Assembly (NCBI RefSeq): GCF_009914755.1
Contig: NC_060932.1
Direction: 5' to 3' (one strand)
DNA length: 64,000 nucleotides
Source: the human T2T-CHM13v2.0 reference genome, Homo sapiens
Shown here piece after piece: positions 53,630 through 64,000 of the stretch (positions within the stretch are counted from its first letter, which is position 1; every line of letters starts with the position of its first letter). The notes under the pieces are model-generated. The model made no database searches. It saw only the letters and a program-made list of their open reading frames with translations, and was not told where the DNA came from. Position numbers and translations under genes: made by a program.

Positions 53630-56600
53630 TGTGGGAATAAACAAAGACCACCCAAATGGGATAAGCAAAAATTATTTATCCAAATCTTGCTAAGGCAAGG
53701 GAGTCAACCACCACCGCTTGTATTTGATAGAGACTCAGTAGCAGGCAGGCCAGTTTGCAAGCTTGATAGTGGAAAAAGACTTCAGGTAACCTCCGATTGG
53801 AGACTGTTAGCATGAAAAAGTTGAAGACAGGCTAAATAGAGGTGGAACATTCCATTAGTTTGGTTAACGAGCATATTCAGCTTTCTCTGGTTTATCTGAT
53901 CCCTCTGGAAAATGAAAACAATTAGGAAAGCTGCAAGTTATTGATCAACTCTTGGTCCCTTTTGGCTCATTGTGGGGAGGTAATGGTTTGGTTCCCAAGG
54001 GATTTGCTGCAGAGTTTGTGCATTATAGCGCTGTTTTTATATAAGTTCTGACCATTGTACATTTAGTCTCTTAGTCTTCTGCTTTTTATCATTTTCTAAT
54101 GGTGTGAGGTTAAACAACTTGGAAGCCTAGAGATTAAGGTCCTCACTGTTCAGAGACTGTTCAGTTATCTCTATAGTAAACTGTATTGCCAGAAATTCTT
54201 GACCTTTCTGTTGTGTTTAAAGAGTTCATCTCTAATACGAACAATGCTCCAAACCATCCTATAATATATTCAAATCCCCGGGAGGGTAGAAGCTGTATAA
54301 ATTTCAACTGAAGTTATTCAAAGGTCCCTTGGGGTTTGGTTTCTGGCCATGCCCTACCGTTATTTTTTTTTTTAGGTTTATGTTTTTTTACAGGTGATAA
54401 ATGACTTGCAAATAACCTCAGCTGTGTTTTTAAGGGATTCTTACCAACATAAACTAAAATAGTAAGTGATGAGTCTATACCATGATGAGTAGTTTCATGG
54501 CAAAATTTATCTAAAATCCATGTGAAATCATCTAGTGCCGCCAAGCAGCTGCTTTGAGTATCAGATGTGATCAGAGTAAAGGTTACAATCAGATTATTTT
54601 TTGTCTTCTTCTGGAAAACCAGGGGCTAAATGTAGAAGATTTATAATTACCTCTTTGAATTCCTCCAGAGAATTATTCTTTGAAGATTTAGATAGACTCT
54701 TAACCTTGATTAATACTGATTTATCTTGGCATAATAATTGGCTAGAACATTTTCTGTAGCTTCCATTTAACTCTTTTATTATTATTTGCATGATACACAA
54801 TTATTATAATAGGCACCTTTCTGGGAAGTAGGAGTGCATCTAAGAATTCCTTAACTTAGTTCCCATTTTTGATGGGGGTTCCAGCAGAGGTAAGACACCT
54901 TTTTTTTTCAAAGTATGCCAAAATTATGTGATGCTACAAAAGCATACATACTATTTACATACATCTTTAATTTCTAGTGTCTGGCTAGTTGATGATATAT
55001 CTAGTAAATGCAGTAAGTGTGGCCAACTGTACTGATTTTACCTCAGGTAGAGAACTACTACTATAAGAGTAAGCTTAAATTAGTGACAGCATATTCTATT
55101 TGATAACCTCTAGTTTCAGTTTTAAGGTATAATTGATCCACATATAATAGATCAGAATTATTGAAGGGTGCCTATAATACATCCAGTCAAGGTACAGAGA
55201 TTAGTAACTGAGGTAATAAGAACTGATGTTCTGTTTATTTCTGGTTAGGGCAGGAGAGTGGTGGGGTTTAGAGTGTTTCAGAAGTGAATAATAATGTAAT
55301 AGGGAAAGTCTCAAAAGAGGTTAATTGGGTAGCTGAAAATTGTTGCATGTTATCCATCAGTAGTAATGTCAGTTCTGCACGACAAAGCATGAGGACAAGT
55401 AGGGGACCTAGGACTACTTCATTAGAAGCATGGAATCAACAACTTTTGTAGGCACAGCTATTGCTCTAAGACAAACAGAATGAATCTTTGCAATTAGGCC
55501 AGTGGAGAAGCTATAGGTTTTTGATGTTTCCTATGAAGTTGAGTTAAAACTCCAAGGACTTGCCCAGATATTTCATTCACAAATAGACAAAATGACTTTT
55601 AATAGTTAGTAACACCTAGGGAAGGCTGTTAAAAAGCATCTTAAGATTAGAGAGTCCATTTCATCTTTGGGCTCCCAGAGTAGAGGGTCTGTCACCAAGG
55701 ACTTAGTCAATTCATAAAGAGATATTGCAATCTCAAAAAAAAAATTGAGATTGGTTAGTCTTCCAGCTAGCAGGACAGACTATTTTTTTCTGACAAGATA
55801 TACCATGATGTAAATAATGAACAATGTCTTGGGAAAAATGTGATTTATCCTTTGAAACTTTGTGCCCCTTTCCTGCAAAGTCTGAGAGCAAAAATAAAAC
55901 AAAACTTTTCAAAGAGCTTCCTTGTTCTCTGAGCAAAGTAAAAGAGCACCACATGCTGCACCATAACTGAACCTCAAGAGAAATGTAATTCCTTTAAGTC
56001 TTGATTTAGGACTGAGAAAAAATAAGAGGGGTTATCAAAGACTCTCTGGAGCATGACTATCCAGGTATGTTGTGTTCCTTCCGGGAGAAGGCAAAATGGT
56101 ATTGATTTTCCTAGTCAAGAGACACACTGAAAAAGTCAGAGCAAAGATATATTATAGTGAAGCAAGTTGCTTCAGGAAGAATTAATGACAGGATGCTCAC
56201 TGGGTTACGTATTACCAGGAAGAGAGGGATAACAAATTTGTTGATGGTTCTGAGGTCTTGAACATATTGATGTCCTCATCCATTTGGTTTCTTTATTGAT
56301 AGGAAGGGAGTGTTACAAGGACTAGTGCTGGGTATAAGAATACCTTCATGTATTAAGCTTTCATCATAGGTCTGAGCCCTTATTTTGCTTCTAGCTTTAA
56401 GGGATTTTGGGAAAGTTTGGGTAACACTTTGGTATAATCTATCGGAACTTTAACGGGTCTCTTATAACACTATTTCATATATCACTGGAAAGTCCAATGC
56501 AACCCAACAGTGGCTATCTCCAAGTGCAGATCTAAAAATCTATGCTTTTTCGGCAGGTGGAAACTGTGATCTTTGTATCTGGATCACTACCAGGTATGCA

Positions 56601-57506
56601 GAACAACAATAACAAAAAATCAAGAGAGAACTTCATTTAGTTTTATTGATGACCCAAAGCGAAGTTTATAAAAATGGACAGAGGTCCAGTGTGAATGTCA
56701 AACTAAATGTGCTGTTTGGCTGGCTTGAAAAACAGGCTCATGGGCCTATGATCATGTGCTGCTTCTTTTATGATAAACACATTTAGATAGCACTACTCAA
56801 CACAGTAAAACAAAAAGACAGCAAAAAGAAATTGAAAAAAGAAGCCCAATTCCACCAAGGATGCCAAGCAGATGGGAACCAATACTAAAACCAATGACTG
56901 AACTTGGAATAAAAACTCAAAGAATTCAGTGCAAAGAGAGCAGAGTTCAGACCAGGTGCTGACTTGTCATAAGGCATCACTGCTGCACTGGGTGATGGCT
57001 GGGGTCCAGAGCAATGGGCAATGGAGACCGTATCTTGTTGGAACCTCCAGAGAAACTGTGGAAATGAATGAAGACAACCTAAATGAGAACAAACAAAAGG
57101 TATTTATTCAGAGCTTGCTATAGGAAGGAAGTTAGCCACCATCACTTGCATTTGACAGAGACTCAGAGGTAGGCAGGAAAGTGTCAAAGATTTATAGTGA
57201 AAAAAGTTATGCACTAATTGCAGGTTGCTGGCATGGGGATGCTGTAAGCTGACTAAGTAGAAGCAAGGAATTCTATGTGATTGGCTAGAGAGCCATATTT
57301 TGCTTTCTCTGGTTGGTCATAGGTTGAAAGCAGGGGCAAAATTAGAGATGCTGGGAATTATTGACCAATAACTGGTTGTATTGGACTGACTCTTGTAGAG
57401 GTTGTGGTTTGTCTTCTTGGACTGATTGTAGGAGAAAAGGCCGGAGGTCAGAGCTTTATTGTTATATATAATCTGTATTTTGTCTATTTCTATACTCAGC
57501 ATCTCA
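53630..57506 (-). mobile_element. Ancient ERV1 (MER4-group-like) provirus with both LTRs: 3' LTR 53630-54073, 5' LTR 57057-57506
   Basis: Two roughly 450-bp direct repeats, about 75-80% identical by eye over the first 120 nt; PBS-Gln; purine tract beside the 3' LTR; RT remnant KGHKVSKDKSHFSQDIVHYLHH (55733..55954 -). Confidence 0.8.
57032..57049 (-). other. Primer binding site, tRNA-Gln
   Basis: TGGAGGTTCCAACAAGAT vs tRNA-Gln complement TGGAGGTTCCACCGAGAT (16/18), 7 nt from the LTR end. Confidence 0.75.
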
Positions 57507-59725
57507 AGACCTTTGTGGATGAATAAAATATATGTTGCAATTGTTGTTTTGTTGTTGTTCATAACAGATTATGAGAAACAAAATATGTAATGGGAACAAT
57601 TTTTTCCTGTTCTATGTGTAATATATTAACTTTCAAAGAAGCTGAAACCCAGTAACGTATTTCCCTATATTTTGTGGAGCTATCCAGTTCCTCATTGTCA
57701 CAGCATTTATTAGAGATATATGTGTTTTCTCCAGAGTAAGAGACATCTGGGAAACAAGGTCTCCTGAAATATCATGTGACTTGGCCTCAGCAATTAGTAT
57801 GAACAGAATGGAAATAAAAAATAAAAACACAAAAACTTCTGAAAGTAAACAGAATAAGCAATAACATAATACCTGTACAGATTGCATTAAAAGCTGTCAT
57901 ATGGTCAGAGAGGAAAAGTTCTTGGATGAGGAAGGGGAGTAGGTAGAAAAGAAAAGTGATAGAGTGGTTGTCTTGATATGTTGGAGAGAATGGAATTTCT
58001 AATTGTTGTCTGATGATAGTGCTTAGATGCAATAAAAAACAAAATCCATCTTTTAAATTAGTATATTTGAAGGTTAAGAAAACAGTTCCCCGAGCTCTCT
58101 CTCCAGAAGAGAGACTAATATGCTTCCTTAACTCTAGGGAATATATTAATTTGAAATGCATTTCATGTTCCAAATGCACCAGCCATCAATTTAGCATAAT
58201 GATTGTACTTGGTAGGAAAATAACAACTTAAAACTAGATAGTAGCTCAATTAAACAGTAATAGAATTTCTTATACTTTATTTTACTAATTTTAACTGCAG
58301 TTTACTATTTCCTATTACATGTATTCAAATATTGGTAAATATATTTTATAAATGTACAGTTTCTTGATAGTAAAGAGAATGTTACAGAAAGTATAAAATT
58401 TCTTTAACAACGCATACTTAATGGCTTTAAAAAGAACTTTTTCTTTATTTCTTTTTATTTTTCTTTTTATTTAAAATTCTGGTATAATTTTAAAGACATT
58501 AAACATTTTCTAGTCATACTAATTAATATCATACTCCCCCTGAAGACATTCTCTCTTTCTTAGCTGTCTAAATTCCACTATAGGAAATTTATTTAAATTT
58601 ACTCCACATAAATATTATAATACTTTTAGTGTGTTTTTATGTTACTTCTCTTAGTTAATTGTGAAATTTAGAGCACTTAAATAATTTTAAGAATGTTTAA
58701 ATATTACTCTTCATTGCATGAGAAAAAACAGTTTAGCATTTCTAAAAGCGATTTTTGTATGCAAGATTCCAAGATTCAAATAGAAAAAATAATTTAAGTA
58801 ATTATGACTATTTTTAAGCTCATTTATACTATCTAACATAAAATGTATTTCATTAATTGAAAAATGACTTCTATCCTTAGTAAATGTTATGCCTGACATA
58901 TATTGAGCCATGGGAAAATATAAAATTTTATATTAAAATATATTAATTTTGCTTGTTATGAAATATGGCTGATACTGAACTGTAGATGGCAACATCAAGT
59001 ACACACTGAACAGCAGTGGAATGTTCTTGGCCCACATACAAGAAAGAGCTTCCAGTTTTGCCTTGCTGTTGCTGAATGTTAGGTATCTTATTCTACTTTC
59101 TGGGAAATTAGATTTTTGCTTTTTTATTGCTGAGTCATGTTTTAGTAGAACATATCATTGTGAGACCGATTACATTTGTAGATAATGTAATCAAAACATG
59201 TGACAAATACAGTTTTTATTTTAAAGTGTGAAGTAATAACTAAAATAAACAAATGCGTCAGCAGTAAGGCAAGAAACAACAAATTTAAAGTACATGAACA
59301 AGCTCCATGAAACAGAGATGATAGTGCCCAAGCTGTTCTAAAGACCTAACACCAAAGAATATTTCTTTGAGAAATATTGAACTCGCATTAATAAAGGAAG
59401 TATAATAAGTTATTTCATTTCTATACTATGTTAATTAGGAAAGATCAGTTGATGACTATCTTAAAGGCACTTGTTTATCAAAACTTATGTTTAATGAACC
59501 ATCTAAATATAAAAAATCTGGCATCTCATTTGGGGTATGAAAATTAAGATATAAATCTGTTGAACTTTAGGGATGAAAAGGTTCTTTCACAGATTGTTTC
59601 AGATTTGCATCCACAGTATTTGCAATTGACTTCTTGTAAAATAACTTGTGTGATAATAGCATATGACAGTGGAGGGAGTCAGGGATAGTTTGTTTGCTGA
59701 GAAAAAAGCCTTTGAAATTACCCCA

Positions 59726-60091
59726 TGTATTAGTCTGTCCTCACACTGCTATAAAAAAAAAAACACCGAGAGAAGATAATTTATAAAGAAAGCAGGTTTA
59801 ATTGACTCAGTTCTGCATGGCTGGGGAAGCCTCAAGTAACTTACAATCATGGTGGAAGAGGAACCAGGCAAGTCTTACATGGTGGCAGGAGAGAGAGACG
59901 TGAGAGTGCAGGAAAAATCTACCATTTATAAAACCATCAGATCTCATGAGAATTCACTCACTATCACGGCAACAGCATGGAGGACACTGCCCCCCATGAT
60001 CCAGTCTCCTCACACCAGGTCTGTCCCTCAACTCCTTGGGATTACAATTCAAGATGAGATTTGGGTGGTGACACAAAGTCTAACCATATCA
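59726..60091 (-). mobile_element. THE1/MST (ERVL-MaLR) solo LTR with 5-bp TSD
   Basis: tgtattagtctgtcctcacactgctata...gagatttgggtggtgacacaaagtctaaccatatca; TSD CCCCA / CTCCA. Confidence 0.92.
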
Positions 60092-60096
60092 CTCCA

Positions 60097-60690
60097 TGTT
60101 TTATTGCAGCATTATTTAAAATTGCCAAGATGTGGAATCTAAGTGTCCATTAATGATGAATGGATGAAGAAAATGTGGTATAAATACACAAAATGAAATA
60201 CTAGTCAGCCTTTCAAATAAGAAAAAACTGTTGTTTGCAATATCGATGAACTTGGAGGACATTATGTTAAGTGAAATAAGCCAGGCACAGAGAGACAACT
60301 ACTGCCTGATCTCACTTATGTATGATAAAATGCAAAAGGTTGAACTCATAGAAATACAGAATAGAATGGTGGTTACCAGGGGTGTAGGAGGTGGGGGATG
60401 GTGGTTGAAAGATGCTGGTCAAAGGACACAAAGTTTAGTTAGATAGGAAGAATAAGTTTAAGACATTTATCACACAACATAGTGAATATAGTTAATAAAA
60501 ATGTACTGTATTCTTGAAAATTGCTAAGAAATTAGATTTTAATAGTTCTCACCATGGAAAATGACGTTTGTGATGTAATATATAAGTTAATAGCTTAATT
60601 TAGCCTTTCCACAATGTATACATATTTCAAAACATGTTGTACATGCAAATACATGCAATTTTTATTTGTCAGTCAAGAACAAATAAATAT
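60097..60690 (+). mobile_element. L1MA-type 3' end
   Basis: tgttttattgcagcattatt; gaacttggaggacattatgttaagtgaaataagccaggcacagagagacaa; A-rich end. Confidence 0.9.
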
Positions 60691-60974
60691 AAGAAATTAC
60701 ACTACATGAAGACACAATTAACTTTGTCATTTAATACTGAGTTATTTTGAAGAGTTTATTTGTTTTATTTTTTTTTTGATGCTTCATTCTACACAGTGGA
60801 AAATAGAAATCAATAACACTCTCTCCCTTATTGTGCTTATATTAGGAAAAATTTAATAATGATTAAATTATCTCAGTGTTGACACCCAACCATTTAGATT
60901 CCTGATTCTATTCCTAAGCCTTATTTTAAAAGGACCATATTTTAATACAACAGAATACGTTAAAATAAATACAA

Positions 60975-61342
60975 TTATGTATACGTACTATATATATTTG
61001 TAAATATAAATAATTAGGTGTGTATATATACACACATATACATATGTATATACATGTACATATACATGTAAAATACACATGTAAAATGCATATACATATA
61101 TAATACATAGACACACATATATGTATATATCTATACATATATGTATACATACATACATATGTATGCATATATGTATGTGTGCATACATACATATATGTAC
61201 ATATACATATGTGCACGTATATGGGCATGTGTACAGACATATACATATATGTACACATACATATATGTATATGTATTAAAGTACATGTAAAATACATACA
61301 CATATATACATACACATGTATATACATATATACATATACATG
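60975..61342. repeat. Alternating purine-pyrimidine (TA/CA/TG) low-complexity tract
   Basis: Direct reading; it explains the Y/I/C/M/H-rich pseudo-ORFs. Confidence 0.93.
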
Positions 61343-61389
61343 TAAAGATCTAAGTAAATGGAGAGATATTCTAGGTTAAAAAATTTACT

Positions 61390-61646
<257 letters not shown>

Positions 61647-62489
61647 TTACATATTTTTATGCATTTAATTTAGGTGAGAAAAAATGAGTAGACATATGTA
61701 ATAATACAAATGTTTGTTTGTTTTGGAATTTACATTAAAGTTCTTAATTATTTTGTAACATCGTTAAAAACAAATGTAGCAAGGCATTAAGTATGTCATT
61801 GTCCATTACTACAACAACTTTTCACATTTATTCCCTATATTTTTCTGCCACAGCTGGTAATTCAAGAGAAAATTCCTGGCATCCCCTTCAAGTTGTAAAG
61901 TTCATGTTAGTTGAGTTGTAAGTAGTATAAACAAAAATAATGAGTTAGATTGAAGATTGTAATAAGATTCAGGAGATTGTGGTACTACTGAAACCTAAGA
62001 CCTGGAATGGACAGAAGAAGCTATGAAATCCAGGGACCATAAATAAAATATACTATATAGTTAGTGGCCTATCTTTGTTAAGAGTAAACTTTTTTTTTCA
62101 GTTTTGAGAAAGAATCAAGGGACTAAATAAAACAAGTTGATCAGAGTTTTGATCCAAAATAATTACAAACTGAAAGAAGTCTCTGAGAATTCAAGAAGAA
62201 AGAAATCACAAACCTCCAGTGAAGCCTAAGGAATATCTTTGACATTCATAAAAATAAACTACAAAAATTCATACAATTCATACAAAAAAACTGTTTTTTT
62301 GGAAATAAAGAAAATACATTTTATCTAAAACTGTGTATTTCACATGTAAGAGTAATAAAGAAATAAAAATGGGAAAACCAAAATGTAATCTAAATACATA
62401 AATTTTATAAAACTGCTGTATGAATAGAAAATGAAATAAAGCTTATATGAATAGAGAATGGAAAAAAAATACAATGACTACCCATGTGT

Positions 62490-62725
62490 GTTATTATTGT
62501 TATACTAGAAAAGTTCAAATAAAGAATGTAGTGTACATTTCAGAATTGCTGAGAGTAACTCTCAAATGTCTCACCACAAAAATTGATGGGTAAATGAGGT
62601 GACAGATATGTTAATTAGCTTGATATAATCATTACACTTTGTATGCATATATCAAAACATCACCTTGTACCCCATAAATATATATAATTATGGTTTGTCA
62701 ATTAAAAATATGAATAATAAAAAAG
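62490..62725 (+). mobile_element. L1MA-type terminal fragment
   Basis: ttgctgagagtaactctcaaatgtctcaccacaaa...atatcaaaacatcaccttgtaccccataaata. Confidence 0.85.
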
Positions 62726-63335
62726 CTTGTGCTCGCAAGCTTATCTTGTGGATTTATTAGTAATAAAGCACTACTATATGCCAGTCATGAAGTCAAATGC
62801 CAACTGGTCCAAAGTCATCAATACTATTATGAAATTCTATGGAATTCAATGTATCATTGGTTCCACATAATCTCCCATCTTCAAAGTGTTTCTGCAAATG
62901 CCTATTTTTTGGATAAGTAATCAGTTAAGGCTGAAAGGTAGACTGTGGAGATATGATTTCAGAAGTAAGTCAGTTTGAGACCCCAGGAATGTAAGGGATT
63001 GCTGTGTGTAGTAGTGTTTGCAGACCATTGAAATTGATTATTTCCTATATGTATTTATATGAATTATTTGGAGTACATATATTCATGCATATATGTTGTT
63101 AATAATAAAATTCAGCATACTGAATATACAATTAATAATATATTGGTGATTAATTATTAATCTATTATATTATATATATATTTATTTAAATTGTCCACCT
63201 AAGTAGAACAGACAGTGGTATCAAAATCAAGAACATGGCAGAGTTTTAATGGGTGAAATATATAGTTTAGATGTTTCTATATTATCTAATAAAGCATGTC
63301 TTACTGGAAGTTCTATGGTGGCTTTTTAACTAGAG

Positions 63336-63543
63336 CAGAGGTAGACAATTTTTTTCTTCAAGGGTCATGTAGTAAATAGAATTAGGACTTGGAAAAAGGC
63401 AAAATCTGGATGATTATATTACCTTTTGATAACATTGTTTAAAATGTCACCACTTAAAAATGAAAAATGAAAACCAAGTTATGCCTATACAAAACGGGAA
63501 GCAAGCTGAATTTAGCCAGTAGTCCATGGTTTTCTAACCTGTG
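63336..63543 (+). mobile_element. MER58-like hAT-Charlie DNA transposon relic
   Basis: cagaggtagacaatttttttcttcaagggtcatgtagtaaata ... gctgaatttagccagtagtccatggttttctaacctgtg. Confidence 0.7.
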
Positions 63544-64000
63544 ATCCAAACCACAGAAAGACTGTCTATATCAATAACAATTATTCATATTAGATATACA
63601 TGGATTTTCTCAATCATAGAAATCTCAGCTATTTTTTTCCACTATGCTTTCATGAAATATTTTCTACCTCTGTTTCTATGTAAGCATACGAAGTATTATT
63701 TCTCTACATAATTGGGATGGCCATACATACTGGTTTTTCTGCATCACTATCAATCTATGAATATTATACTGCATTATTATTAATAGCAGCATCTTTCTCA
63801 AATATTACCATATTTAGATGATAAATTACACAGAAGTTATTTACAATGAGCATCATTTTGTTTCAGTTATTTTATATAGGTCATGTGTGTTTTACTTTTA
63901 TGTTTCATTGTCTCAAAATTACTAATAGATGCCTTAATATATATAATTTAATAGATTTCAACCCATTAATCTATAAGAACATAATTAACATAGTCAGCTT

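Noticed and set aside
60926-61379. Tyr/Ile/Cys/His-rich ORFs (also 44519-44855)
   Set aside because: Translations of dinucleotide low-complexity tracts.

Overview
AT-rich, CpG-depleted primate (probably human) genomic DNA. I see no supportable host protein-coding gene, RNA gene or CRISPR array, and the ORF track is explained by repeats or chance. The window is a layered transposon archive. It holds about 12 Alu/FLAM copies (several with clear target-site duplications), many L1 fragments including a 5'-inverted (twin-primed) L1MA, an L2, a MER58-like DNA transposon, and solo LTRs (MER52A-like, THE1/MST, MER21-like, others). Between 37 and 58 kb lies a dense endogenous-retrovirus cluster. It comprises a near-complete dead HERV-L (PBS-Leu, gag-pro-pol-dUTPase, intact MLT2A1-type 3' LTR, truncated 5' LTR), a convergent internally deleted HERV-S/HERVL18-like provirus (PBS-Ser), and an ancient two-LTR ERV1 (PBS-Gln). 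An older ERV-L gag-pro relic sits at about 12 kb. The most unusual structures are locally templated rearrangements: a 224-bp inverted copy of the HERV-S gag start inserted into its own gag between short direct repeats, a 150-bp HERV-L dUTPase-region copy lying just outside the 3' LTR, and fold-back palindromes in (TA)n tracts. Repeat subfamily names come from recalled consensus sequences and need RepeatMasker/Dfam confirmation. I found no evidence for a new functional biological system.
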